Assembly: GCA_963675295.2 (NCBI GenBank)
Contig: CAXXKJ010000002.1
Span: 1,280,001-1,344,000, forward strand
Origin: a bacterium
GTDB taxonomy: Bacteria > Electryoneota > Electryoneia > Electryoneales > Electryoneaceae
Direction of reading: 5' to 3'
DNA length: 64,000 nucleotides
Shown: positions 7,702-17,444 of the stretch, one piece after another
Numbering within the stretch: the stretch's first letter is position 1
How the letters are laid out: each line of letters opens with the position of its first letter
Made by a program: the position numbers and the translations under genes
Notes under the pieces: model-generated
The model's input: only the letters and a program-made list of their open reading frames with translations
Databases searched by the model: none
What the model was told of the DNA's origin: nothing

Positions 7702-9972
7702 CTCGCTCAAGGCGAAATGGTTGGGCGAAGACGATGCAACAGTTTTTGATTCCAGATCGAAGTTGCCGGTCACCGTCCAGTCCGCCGGATTAAAAACAAA
7801 TCCCTGTCCGGTCGATGATGCACCCTGCTTGACAAAGACGAAGCTGCTTGCTATCTGCAGGTCTGGATTGTTCGGGTATCCGACATACCCCGTGAACGTG
7901 TACTCACCAGCAGGTGCTCCGGCGGGAACCGCCACAGTCATCCCTGTCGCGATTCGTTCGGCGTACGCCGGCAGGTCAAAGATCAATTGTCCCGGCAGAT
8001 CGTATGTCCCGCCATTGGGGAATTCAACGGTGCGCCAGAAGTGAAGATTTGTCAATGGGGTTGCGATGTTGGATTGCAGCAGGCCGTCAAACACCACCGT
8101 TCCGCCTTCCGCCGGGACCTGCGAGATTTGCGGGGTTAGCGTCAGCACGACGGGTGTCGGAGTCATGGTAACAGTCACATTGTCAATCGACCAGGCGTAA
8201 AACAACGTGCTGTAGCCGCTGCTTTCGAATCCAATCCGAAAACTGTTCGCATCGGCGACCAGGTCGGTAATATCAAATTCTTCGAGGCTGGATTTGCCAA
8301 CGTGGAATGTCTCAATGGTGATCCATGGATCGCCGTCCACTGATACCTGCAGCATGCCTTCATCACTGGTCGATCTGCGCATAGCGTGATCAAAGGAGAC
8401 GGCGACCCGTGAGCCCGGTTCGATTCCGATCGATGGCGTGACCGCGCGTCCAAAGAAATCGTATTCCTGCAACCAGGCCTCTTCGGGAACCGGGAATCCG
8501 GCCATCAGGTTGCCCGAACGCAGCATCGCATCAATCTGTGCGTGCCATGTTTGGTGCCACGATTGCGTCGCAACGAAATCCTCGATGACCCAGCTGGCAG
8601 GCATTCCGTCCTCAAAATCTTCCAGAAAGACAACATGATCCGGATTGAGGTACTGCACGCTGCGTGGATAGGAAGGCTTCGGCGAACCGGACACCGGTTC
8701 GCAACTAACCTCGTACTCGTAGGTCCCATACGCTGGGAGCGGATCGAAATACTCCGCTTCGGTAGTGGTGGTGAGCGGATCACCATTCCGATAGATCAGA
8801 GACTCAGCAGCGTTCAACGGATCCCAGGTGAGATGCGCCACCCCGCCCTCATTCAGATCAACCCGCAGGTCCTGTCCAGCTCTGTAATCCGGGTTTTCCC
8901 ACCAGATCAGGCTGTCGTACCACAGTCCGAAGGACATCGCACCTTGAAGCATGAAGTCCGTATCACCATCCGCATCAAAGTCGCCGAGGACGGGATAGTT
9001 GGACACATAGGCCGGGCCATCGATGTACAGGAACCGTTCGTTGTCCGGATGGTCGATCGGAAACCAGGCGACGACGTTGTTGGTCGTAAACAGAATGTCG
9101 GACGAGCCGTCGTCATTCACATCCAGCGTTGCCAGGTGCCACGGTGACCGGTCTGTTAACAGCAACTCGGCCGTGTAATCGGTGCCGTCGTGATACAGTT
9201 GACAGATGCCCGAGCCTTCTCCTGGAATCGTTGCGTAGAACACAACGCGTAAGGCACCATCCTGCGTGTACCCGGTAATACCACTTCGCGGCCCGATCAT
9301 TGAATACAGCATCTCTTCGACAAATGTCATGTCGCCCTGGTTTTCGAGAAGACGCAAATACGAAATATCTCCTTCAGATTTGAAGAAGATGTCCAGATCG
9401 CCATCAAGATCAGCATCACCGATGACCGGTTTTGTCTTGATTTCAGAGTCGGACAGCGTGAATCGTGTGAAGTTCAACCCCCCGTCATTTTCATAGAAGT
9501 TGAGGCCATCTTCTTCGCAGCTCAGAATATCCGGATCCCCGTCGTTGTCGAGGTCAACGACGACATGTTTCCACTTCAAGGGGTTGGCTGTCGCGATAAC
9601 CTGATCCAGGAACTGTTCGTCACCCTGGTTCAGGTACAGGACGAGATAGAGGTCATAGGTCGCGACGATGTCCATTTCCCCATCACCGTTCATGTCGGCA
9701 ATGGAAAAATCACCGGGGTCGCCGTAATCAGACGGGATCACGATATCGGTGAACGATCCACCTCCCTGGTTGCGATACCAGTTAAAATTCGTGGAGTTGT
9801 CCATCATCAGCAGCACATCATCCAGACCATCATTGTTCAGGTCGCCACTGGTGAAGCTGTTCGAAACAGACAGGCTGGCTACGCTGTGATGCGGCCAGGT
9901 GGCTTCCGTGAAAGCATGCACTGATGAGGCGGTGCAGAACAGGACAACGACGAAGAAAAGCAGGCGTTTCAT
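7453..9972 (-). CDS. Secreted FG-GAP-repeat protein with T9SS type-A sorting domain; paralog of 2907..5435
   Basis: Signal peptide, DLNNDGLDD/DMNGDGEMD repeats, motifs shared with 2907..5435 (WWENP.YR, KPSYP), terminal RKLMLVK. Confidence 0.85.
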   Translation of the reverse strand: MKRLLFFVVVLFCTASSVHAFTEATWPHHSVASLSVSNSFTSGDLNNDGLDDVLLMMDNSTNFNWYRNQGGGSFTDIVIPSDYGDPGDFSIADMNGDGEMDIVATYDLYLVLYLNQGDEQFLDQVIATANPLKWKHVVVDLDNDGDPDILSCEEDGLNFYENDGGLNFTRFTLSDSEIKTKPVIGDADLDGDLDIFFKSEGDISYLRLLENQGDMTFVEEMLYSMIGPRSGITGYTQDGALRVVFYATIPGEGSGICQLYHDGTDYTAELLLTDRSPWHLATLDVNDDGSSDILFTTNNVVAWFPIDHPDNERFLYIDGPAYVSNYPVLGDFDADGDTDFMLQGAMSFGLWYDSLIWWENPDYRAGQDLRVDLNEGGVAHLTWDPLNAAESLIYRNGDPLTTTTEAEYFDPLPAYGTYEYEVSCEPVSGSPKPSYPRSVQYLNPDHVVFLEDFEDGMPASWVIEDFVATQSWHQTWHAQIDAMLRSGNLMAGFPVPEEAWLQEYDFFGRAVTPSIGIEPGSRVAVSFDHAMRRSTSDEGMLQVSVDGDPWITIETFHVGKSSLEEFDITDLVADANSFRIGFESSGYSTLFYAWSIDNVTVTMTPTPVVLTLTPQISQVPAEGGTVVFDGLLQSNIATPLTNLHFWRTVEFPNGGTYDLPGQLIFDLPAYAERIATGMTVAVPAGAPAGEYTFTGYVGYPNNPDLQIASSFVFVKQGASSTGQGFVFNPADWTVTGNFDLESKTVASSSPNHFALSEPYPNPFNPATTVNVTLPETAPLTVRVFDIQGRTVATLADGSSVAAGSHSFSFDGSDLSSGIYFVQATVPGRLNEVRKLMLVK

Positions 9973-10197
9973 AACTCCCCCGAGTGATGATCAAAATAGA
10001 TCGATAATCGTTCAGTTTTGCATACAACATCATCATCTAACATAATCGCTGTAGGGCGGCACCGCAATTTCACGAGTCTCATTCGCCAACAAAACCACCC
10101 GGTCTCCAGAACCCGTCTTGACCTTGTGAAATCGGGCTCGTATTCTTGCTCTTCACGACGAATACGACCACATCCAGTTTGGGGAGAACATCGGATC

Positions 10198-11571
10198 ATG
10201 GCCACGATTTCCCAGCAGATCGCCGAGTGGGCGGCGAATACGACGTACGACGACCTCAGCGACGGCGCTGTCGCGATGGCGAAGACCATCCTCTACGATT
10301 CCATCGGCTGCGCGTTGGGCGGCTCGAAGACGCATGACGTCGGCATCATGCACGGCTACCTCGCGAACAAGGGTGGCAAGTCAGAGGCGACGATTATCGG
10401 CTCCGGCATCAAGCTGCCGGCGGTGGAAGCGGCGCTGCTGAACGCCTTGATGGTACGCGCGCTCGACTACAATGACATCTACTGGAAGCAGGACCCGAGC
10501 CACCCCAGCGACATCATCCCCGGCCCGTTGGCATTGGGTGAACGGTTGGGCAAATCCGGCAAGGAGCTGCTGCTCGCGATCGCCATCGGCCACGAAGTCG
10601 AGATGCGGCTCTGCGAAGCCGGCTTCCCGGGCATCCGTGAGCGCAAATGGCATCATGCGACGTTGACCGCGTTTGCGTCCCCGTACGCCTGCGGCCGGAT
10701 GATGGGCCTCAGCGCCGACCAGATCGCGCATGCGGTCGGGATCAGCGGCAGCCGTCACGCCACCTTCGGCGCGATCACCGCCGGCCACCTCACCATGATG
10801 AAGAACACCGCCGATCCGATGGCGACGCAGTCCGGCGCGATGGCGGCGGAACTGGCGGAATTGGGCTACGAAGGCCCGGCGCATGTGATCGACGGCAAGG
10901 AAGGATTGTTTGACGCGTACGGCCCCGAGTGGAAGGGCGAGATCCTGACCGATGGCTTGGGCGAAACTTGGCGCATCGAACAGTGCGGTCTGAAATCGTT
11001 CCCGACGGAAGCGTTGACGCACGCGCCGTTGACCGCGGTCATCGAGCTGATCACCGAACACGACCTGCAGCCGGATCAGATTGAAGGCATTCACCTCAAG
11101 ACCATCGCCCGCGCGGCGGACATTCTGTCTGACCCGAGCAAGTACAACCCGCAGACCCGTGAGTCGGCCGACCACAGCCTGCCGTACTGCATCGCGGTGG
11201 CGGTCGTTGACCGCAAGATCACCCCGGCCAGCTTCGACGAATCGAAGATTTTCGATCCGACCGTGCGTGCCCAGCTGAAGAAGCTGACTGTGTCCGGCGA
11301 ACCGTCCTATGAAGCCCTGTTCCCGGCGAAGCAGCCGAACGAGATCACCATCACCACGACCGACGGTGCCGCACACGTCAAGTACGTCGAGTACCCGATG
11401 GGTCACCCGGAACACCCGATCAGCGAAGCGGCGTTGGACGCCAAGTTCGGTTCGTTGGCGGAAGGCGTGTTGACCGCGGATCGCCAGGCGCAGGTGAAGA
11501 CGATGGTGAACGGACTCGATAACGTCGGCAACCTGTCCGAGCTGATGGCGCTGCTGGTCAAGGACGCGTAA
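10198..11571 (+). CDS. prpD: MmgE/PrpD family protein (2-methylcitrate dehydratase-like)
   Basis: Start at ATG 10198 (RBS ggag). Motifs DSIGCALGG, RALDYND, SHPSD, ESADHSLPY, YPMGHP. Confidence 0.85.
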   Translation: MATISQQIAEWAANTTYDDLSDGAVAMAKTILYDSIGCALGGSKTHDVGIMHGYLANKGGKSEATIIGSGIKLPAVEAALLNALMVRALDYNDIYWKQDPSHPSDIIPGPLALGERLGKSGKELLLAIAIGHEVEMRLCEAGFPGIRERKWHHATLTAFASPYACGRMMGLSADQIAHAVGISGSRHATFGAITAGHLTMMKNTADPMATQSGAMAAELAELGYEGPAHVIDGKEGLFDAYGPEWKGEILTDGLGETWRIEQCGLKSFPTEALTHAPLTAVIELITEHDLQPDQIEGIHLKTIARAADILSDPSKYNPQTRESADHSLPYCIAVAVVDRKITPASFDESKIFDPTVRAQLKKLTVSGEPSYEALFPAKQPNEITITTTDGAAHVKYVEYPMGHPEHPISEAALDAKFGSLAEGVLTADRQAQVKTMVNGLDNVGNLSELMALLVKDA

Positions 11572-11945
11572 GGACGGCTGCGGGCTGCGGTCGGCGGACT
11601 GCGGTTAAAGGGCTGTAGACGAATGGTTTTAAGTGGCCGTGTTTGCTTGCAAACGCGGCTACTCCGTCCGTGCCCGGGTAAACTTACCACGGACTTAAGT
11701 CCGTGGTAAGAAGGAAGTCTTCCTTAACGCAGTGAAGGATCTCGTCGTTATCTACCGCGAGGTTCAGAATCGAACTTCAATATCTTGCCCGTGTTGGCTC
11801 TGCCAACGCGGGTTTGTTATCTGGAGCGGACCGGGAGATTCCGGCTGGGATCGTGGGTCCGCTGGTGCTACTTTCCGTGTTCGACCAACCTGCTTTTTGT
11901 GTTGGTGATTAGCTCATTGCTCACAGCTCACAACTCAGAACTGAA
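11572..11945. repeat. Composite intergenic repeat cluster (BIME-like)
   Basis: ctgcgg heptamer run; REP 11633..11662; perfect 28-bp palindrome 11683..11710; aacgcagtgaaggatct arm; REP variant 11783..11812; gctcaca heptamers. Confidence 0.75.
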
Positions 11946-11954
11946 GTCACACCC

Positions 11955-12752
11955 ATGCGCATTTTGATCACCAACGATGACGGGTATCAGTCGCCCGGCA
12001 TCCGCGCGTTGTACGACGCGCTCAACGAGCTTCCGGAGACGGAAGTGATTGTCGCGGCGCCGGACCGGGAACGGTCGGCGGTTTCACTCGGCATCACGTT
12101 GCAAGACCCGCTTCGTGCCTGGTCGCTGGAGCATACCGGGATGAACGGGTGGAGCATCAACGGCACCCCCGCCGACTGTGTCAAGCTGGCGGTGAGCGAA
12201 CTGTTGAAGGACAACCCGCCGGATGTGGTCTTCAGCGGGATCAACCGTGGAAGCAACGTCGGCCTCAACGCCAATTACAGCGGCACGGTCGCCGGTGCGG
12301 TCGAAGGCGCGATGAATGGGCTGCCGTCCATTGCGGTGTCGCTGGCGTCGTACACGTTCGAGGATTTTTCCGGTGCGACGAAAGCGGCGAAGTTCGTGCT
12401 CGAACGCATTGCCGGGTATCAGCCGGACGGCTACGAGGTGCTGAATGTGAATGTGCCGCCGGTGACCGCGGACGACTTGAAGGGTGTGCGGGTGACGCCG
12501 GTATCGCATGTCGTGTACCGCGAGGTGGTGTCCAGCCGGCTGGACGCGCACGAGCGTCCCTACTACTGGCTCGGCGGCGAATGGTCGAACATCCGTGAGA
12601 TCGAGGATGGCGACGACGCTGCGACCAGAGCGGGCTACGTCGCGGTGACACCGTTAAAGATTGACTGGACCAGCCTCGCCAGCGTTGAGCGGATGCGGGC
12701 GGACGGCTGGCAACAGGATTGGATGCGCAACAAGGAAAATGGCCGTGGCTGA
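11955..12752 (+). CDS. surE: 5'/3'-nucleotidase SurE
   Basis: MRILITNDDG, GTPADCV, SGINRGSN, YSGTV motifs. Confidence 0.95.
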   Translation: MRILITNDDGYQSPGIRALYDALNELPETEVIVAAPDRERSAVSLGITLQDPLRAWSLEHTGMNGWSINGTPADCVKLAVSELLKDNPPDVVFSGINRGSNVGLNANYSGTVAGAVEGAMNGLPSIAVSLASYTFEDFSGATKAAKFVLERIAGYQPDGYEVLNVNVPPVTADDLKGVRVTPVSHVVYREVVSSRLDAHERPYYWLGGEWSNIREIEDGDDAATRAGYVAVTPLKIDWTSLASVERMRADGWQQDWMRNKENGRG

Positions 12753-14289
12753 GTACGATCACGTTCTCGTCATCGACTTCGGGTCGCAGTACACGCAACT
12801 GATCGCGCGCCGCATTCGTGAGCGCGGAGTGTACGCCGAAATCCTGCCGTGCACGGCGAAACTGGACGACATCAAGGCGCACAACCCCGTCGCGTTGATT
12901 CTCTCCGGCGGACCGGCCAGTGTCTATGACGACGACGCGCCGAAGGCCGACCCGGCACTGCTCGAGCTGGGCGTGCCGATCCTCGGTATCTGTTACGGGC
13001 AGCAGTGGCTGGCGTTGGAGATGGGCGGCGAGGTGAAGGGCGCGCACGCGGCGGAGTATGGCCGACGCGTGGTCAATGTGCTCGACCAGCACGGCCCGTT
13101 GTTCGAGAATGTCCCCACCGAGACGACGACCTGGATGAGCCACGGTGACCAGATCGAGCGTCTGCCCGACGGCTTCACCCTGATCGGCAAATCGAACACC
13201 TGCCCGGTTGCGGCGATGGCGGACGAAAAACGCAAGATCTACGGCCTGCAGTTCCATCCGGAAGTGCGGCACTCGGTGGACGGTTCGACGATCCTCGAGA
13301 ATTTCCTCTTCAAGATCGTCGGCGCACAGACCGGCTGGTCGATGGCGGCGTTCGAGGAAGAGGAAATCCGCAAGATCCGGGAACAGGTTGGTGACGGATT
13401 CGTCGTCGGCGGTGTCAGCGGTGGGGTCGACAGCACAGTGATGGCGGCGCTGCTGCACCGTGCGATCGGCGAGAAATTCCTCGGCGTGTTTGTTGACAAC
13501 GGCCTGTTGCGCAAGGACGAGGTCGCGCAGGTGTACGATATCCTGCACACGCAGCTGGGGGTCAACCTGCTCGTGGTCGATGCCTCGGATCGCTTTTTGT
13601 CTGCTCTTTCCGGCGTGACCGACCCGGAGAAAAAGCGCAAGATTATCGGACACACGTTCATCGACGTTTTCGACGAGGAAGCAACACGGCATTCCGAGGC
13701 GCAGTGGCTGGCGCAGGGGACGCTGTATCCGGACGTGATCGAGTCTGTCAGCTTCAAGGGTCCATCGGTCACGATCAAGTCGCATCACAACGTCGGCGGC
13801 CTGCCGGAAACGATGAAGCTGAAGCTGATCGAACCGTTGCGCGAGCTGTTCAAGGACGAGGTCCGTGAGCTCGGCACACGGCTCGGCATTCCGGCGCACA
13901 TTGTCAACCGGCACCCGTTCCCGGGCCCGGGGCTGGCAGTGCGGATTCTTGGCGAGGTGACCTCCGAGCGGCTCAAGGTGCTGCGTGAGGCGGACGCCAT
14001 CTTCATCGAGGAGTTGCGGAACTCCGGCTGGTATGACAAGGTGAGCCAGGCGTTGGCGGTGCTGTTGCCGGTGAAATCGGTGGGTGTGATGGGGGACGCG
14101 CGCACGTATGCCGACGTTATCGCGCTACGTAGCGTCAACACGTGGGACTTCATGACGGCGGATTTCAGTCCGTTGCCGCACGATCTACTCGGCACGGTTT
14201 CCACCCGCATCATTAACGAGGTGCGCGGAGTGAACCGTGTGGTGTATGACGTCAGCAGCAAACCGCCGGCGACGGTGGAGTGGGAGTAA
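12739..14289 (+). CDS. guaA: GMP synthase (glutamine-hydrolysing)
   Basis: DFGSQYTQLIARR, LGICYG, QFHPEV, SGGVDS, IKSHHNVGGLP, KPPATVEWE. Start is ATG 12739 or GTG 12745, overlapping surE. Confidence 0.97.
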   Translation: MAVAEYDHVLVIDFGSQYTQLIARRIRERGVYAEILPCTAKLDDIKAHNPVALILSGGPASVYDDDAPKADPALLELGVPILGICYGQQWLALEMGGEVKGAHAAEYGRRVVNVLDQHGPLFENVPTETTTWMSHGDQIERLPDGFTLIGKSNTCPVAAMADEKRKIYGLQFHPEVRHSVDGSTILENFLFKIVGAQTGWSMAAFEEEEIRKIREQVGDGFVVGGVSGGVDSTVMAALLHRAIGEKFLGVFVDNGLLRKDEVAQVYDILHTQLGVNLLVVDASDRFLSALSGVTDPEKKRKIIGHTFIDVFDEEATRHSEAQWLAQGTLYPDVIESVSFKGPSVTIKSHHNVGGLPETMKLKLIEPLRELFKDEVRELGTRLGIPAHIVNRHPFPGPGLAVRILGEVTSERLKVLREADAIFIEELRNSGWYDKVSQALAVLLPVKSVGVMGDARTYADVIALRSVNTWDFMTADFSPLPHDLLGTVSTRIINEVRGVNRVVYDVSSKPPATVEWE

Positions 14290-14317
14290 CGGTCGAGTGG
14301 GAGTAGGGGGTAGAGGG

Positions 14318-16474
14318 GTGACTTTGCGGAACCGGTATACCAGTCGTACCAACAGTCTTGCCCGTGTTGGCTTCGCCAATGCGGATGGGCGTCGCCAGTG
14401 TACAGGTCTTGCCCGTGTTGGCTTTGTCAACGCGGCCTTGCTGGCGATTCTTTTCGTCGTGATGGTGGTTTCGTCTGGCTTCGCGCAGGACCTGCCGCGC
14501 GACCTGTCGTTGGCGACGACCATGTTGGAACAGGGCAACGCGAAGGGCGCGCTGAGCGCGACGGAAAACTATCTCGTGCTCAACTCGGGCAGCGAATACG
14601 CCCTCGCGGCGCGTTTGCTCGCAGGCCGTGCCGAGCTGGCGTTGAACCGTGCCGGGGACGCGTTGCAGCGTGGCTACAGCGTGCTCGACGCGGCAGATGC
14701 CGACTCACCCTACCGCGCGGACGCCCACTACCTGATCGCGACCGTGCACCAGGCGCGTGGTGATTATGCTGAGGCGGCGAAGGAACTGGTCGCGGTACTC
14801 GACAGCAATCCGGCGCGAAATGTCGAAGAGGACGCTCTCGCGCACCTGGACGAGCTGCTGGACGGTCCCGCCGCCTACCGTGCCAACGAGCTGATGCTGC
14901 TCGCGCGTTCCGAGGGCACACGCCGGGCATTGCGTCACCTGCTGCCGGTATCTGCCGAGACGCCGACCATTGGTGTGCTGATCCCGGACGAAGACAGTAA
15001 TTGGGAACAGGCGGACGATTTCCTCGCCGGAATTCAGGCGGCGTTGGACCTGTGGGAGATGGACGGCGGCGACCCGGTAACGTTGGAGATCAAGCATGTC
15101 GCCAACGAGCCCGCGCGTGCGGTGATGGCAGCCCGTGAGTTGGTGCGCGAGTACGGTGTCTGGGCGTTGATCGCGGCGGGTCCGGAAAACCTGATTGTCC
15201 CCGCAGCGGTCGAAGCGCAGGCGGCGGGTGTGCCGGTGATGTTGCCCGGCGAAGGCCGTACCGCGCTGGAGGGGATTGGTCCGAGCATCGTCCGCACCAT
15301 TGCGGACTGGCGGCTGGAAGGCGAACTGGCCGCGACGTACGCCGCCGATGTGCTCGGTCTCAAGACGTTCGGAATTGTCGCGCCGTTCACCGACCGGGGA
15401 CGGGAAACTGTCGCCGGATTCCTCAGCGTGCTGGAAGAACGCGAAGACGTTGAGGTGCTCGACCAGGAATGGTACCGTCCGGAGGAAGGCGTCAGCCTCG
15501 CGGTACAGTTCAAGAATCTGCGCACCATCGGATTCCGTCGTGTCTTCCTCGAGGAATTGATCGAGGAGAAGATTGCGTTCATGGATTCGGTCGCCAACTC
15601 GCTGGACAGTTTGGGGTTGGTGGAGGTGGACGCGCGAGTGGATTCGTTGCGCTGGACCGTGGTCGACACCCTCAACGACAAGATCGTGCTCAAGTCACAG
15701 TCGATTGACAGCCTGACCATCCCGGACGAGGATTTCGAACAGGCGTGGCAGCAGCATCTGATCGAGGGCCGGCAGACCATCGAATTCAAGACCGGCCAGG
15801 TCGATTCCAACGCCATCGCACTGGACGTGTACGACGGCCTGTATCTCCCGATCGAACCGGGCACGTTGCCGTTTTTCGCGCCACAGTTCGCGTTCTACGA
15901 ATTCAACACCTTCCGTTTCGGCAATAGCGCGTGGCATGATCCCGCCGAATTACTGCGGCACAAACAATATGTGCAGCGGGTGATTTTCACGACATCCATG
16001 TTCCTGCGGGCGGAAAACAAGGCGATGCTCGACCTCTACGGACAGCTCAGCGATTCGCTCAACTCGGCGGTCAGCCAGTGGAACGTGCATGGCTACGACG
16101 CCACGCGGCTGATCCTCTGCGCAATGACCGAGGGTGGACTGGACAAACCGGACGCCGACCTCGATATCGTGCGTAAAGGGCCGCTGTCGCTGGCGATGGG
16201 GCTGCGCGGGATGACACGGGCCGAACTGGCCAGCGGTTCGCAGGTGTTTGACGACGAAACCCCGGTCGCGCGCGGCCTGTGGCTGATGGATATCCTTGGT
16301 GGTGTCGCGTCACCGTTGGTGCGCGGATTGATCACGCCGGACAGCTTGGCGAATGTGACGCCGCCGGACTGGGCGATACCACTGCTGCCGGCGACGCTCG
16401 ACTCGCTCGCACGCCAGGCCGAACTCGAAGCGGATTCCTTGAACACCATTTCCCAACCGGGAGCGTCTGAATGA
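14318..16474 (+). CDS. Exported TPR plus periplasmic-binding-protein type 1 fold protein (LppC/LpoA-like)
   Basis: Hydrophobic signal ending GFA-Q, Ala-rich TPR-like helices, then IGVLIP...FLAGI...A.YA..V.G.K.FGIVAP and GYDA motifs. Start uncertain (GTG 14318 or TTG 14324). Confidence 0.65.
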   Translation: MTLRNRYTSRTNSLARVGFANADGRRQCTGLARVGFVNAALLAILFVVMVVSSGFAQDLPRDLSLATTMLEQGNAKGALSATENYLVLNSGSEYALAARLLAGRAELALNRAGDALQRGYSVLDAADADSPYRADAHYLIATVHQARGDYAEAAKELVAVLDSNPARNVEEDALAHLDELLDGPAAYRANELMLLARSEGTRRALRHLLPVSAETPTIGVLIPDEDSNWEQADDFLAGIQAALDLWEMDGGDPVTLEIKHVANEPARAVMAARELVREYGVWALIAAGPENLIVPAAVEAQAAGVPVMLPGEGRTALEGIGPSIVRTIADWRLEGELAATYAADVLGLKTFGIVAPFTDRGRETVAGFLSVLEEREDVEVLDQEWYRPEEGVSLAVQFKNLRTIGFRRVFLEELIEEKIAFMDSVANSLDSLGLVEVDARVDSLRWTVVDTLNDKIVLKSQSIDSLTIPDEDFEQAWQQHLIEGRQTIEFKTGQVDSNAIALDVYDGLYLPIEPGTLPFFAPQFAFYEFNTFRFGNSAWHDPAELLRHKQYVQRVIFTTSMFLRAENKAMLDLYGQLSDSLNSAVSQWNVHGYDATRLILCAMTEGGLDKPDADLDIVRKGPLSLAMGLRGMTRAELASGSQVFDDETPVARGLWLMDILGGVASPLVRGLITPDSLANVTPPDWAIPLLPATLDSLARQAELEADSLNTISQPGASE
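14355..14437. repeat. Two REP-like hairpins inside the 5' coding region of the LppC-like gene
   Basis: gtcttgcccgtgttggcttcgccaatgcgg and gtcttgcccgtgttggctttgtcaacgcgg, 51 bp apart; they match the intergenic copy at 11783..11812. Confidence 0.75.
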
Positions 16475-17250
16475 CACTCTGGCAGGCGTTACTGCTCGGT
16501 CTCGTCCAGGGCTTGACCGAATTTCTACCCATCAGTTCGTCCGGACACCTCGTGCTGGTCAACCACCTGCTCGGGATTGCGGACGATTCCATCGTTTTCG
16601 AAATCGCGGTCCATCTCGGCACACTGGTCGCGGTGCTGATCTATTTCCGCCGCGATCTGGCTGAGATTATCGGCGGGTTCTTCCGCGGTGGACGGGGGAT
16701 GCGTGTTGGCTGGATGCTGATCATCGCAATGGTGCCGACGGCGATCATCGGCTTCGGCTTCAAGGATTTCTTCGAAAGCATGTTCACCGCACCGAGGTAT
16801 GCGTCCGCCGGCCTGCTGTTCACCTCTCTGATCCTGTTCCTCTCGGAACGGGTCCGTCAGGGCACCCGCGGCTTAACAGGCATTCGTGTCATCGACGCAT
16901 TGCTTATCGGCACCTTGCAGGGGCTGGCGATCATGCCGGGTGTCAGCCGTAGCGGCTCAACCATCGCCGCCGGTCTGTTTGCCGGGCTCGACCGGGATAC
17001 CGCCGCCCGCTTCTCCTTCCTGCTGGCGATTCCGGCAATTCTGGGTGCGGCCGTACTGCACGCCAAGGACTTTGTCACCTTGCCGATTGACATGATGGTT
17101 CCGTCCGTGGCCGGCTTCCTCGTCGCGATGTTCAGCGGCTACATCGCCATCGAAGTGCTGATGCGGATCATCCGACGCCGCAAGCTGTATGTCTTCGTGA
17201 TTTACACCGCGATTGTCGGGATTATTGGACTGATTTTCCTGCCCGCCTGA
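16471..17250 (+). CDS. uppP: Undecaprenyl-diphosphate phosphatase
   Basis: LGLVQGLTEFLPISSSGHL and PGVSRSGSTI motifs. Confidence 0.95.
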   Translation: MTLWQALLLGLVQGLTEFLPISSSGHLVLVNHLLGIADDSIVFEIAVHLGTLVAVLIYFRRDLAEIIGGFFRGGRGMRVGWMLIIAMVPTAIIGFGFKDFFESMFTAPRYASAGLLFTSLILFLSERVRQGTRGLTGIRVIDALLIGTLQGLAIMPGVSRSGSTIAAGLFAGLDRDTAARFSFLLAIPAILGAAVLHAKDFVTLPIDMMVPSVAGFLVAMFSGYIAIEVLMRIIRRRKLYVFVIYTAIVGIIGLIFLPA

Positions 17251-17444
17251 GTTTCGATTCTTCAAGCCATCGGTGAACGTTTAGAGTTTTTGGAGGTTTC
17301 CTGCGGGAAACCTCTGCTTGTTTTATGATAATTATATTAATTCTAAGAGTACACAATCACCTTATTGCCTGTGTTTCGCTAGCAATGTGCTAAGGTTTTT
17401 TGTCGATTTCTCGCCTCGATTGCTCTCTTTCGTCTCTTTCGTAT

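Noticed and set aside
2907-9972. Diversity-generating retroelement or invertase shufflon
   Set aside because: No reverse transcriptase or recombinase nearby, repeats are direct rather than inverted, and mismatches are not confined to adenines.
12265-13914. Long antisense ORFs (e.g. 12265..13914, 1055..2362, 10381..11415, 31532..32737, 38224..39408, 58585..59772)
   Set aside because: Shadow frames of well-supported genes in high-GC DNA, with no recognisable motifs.
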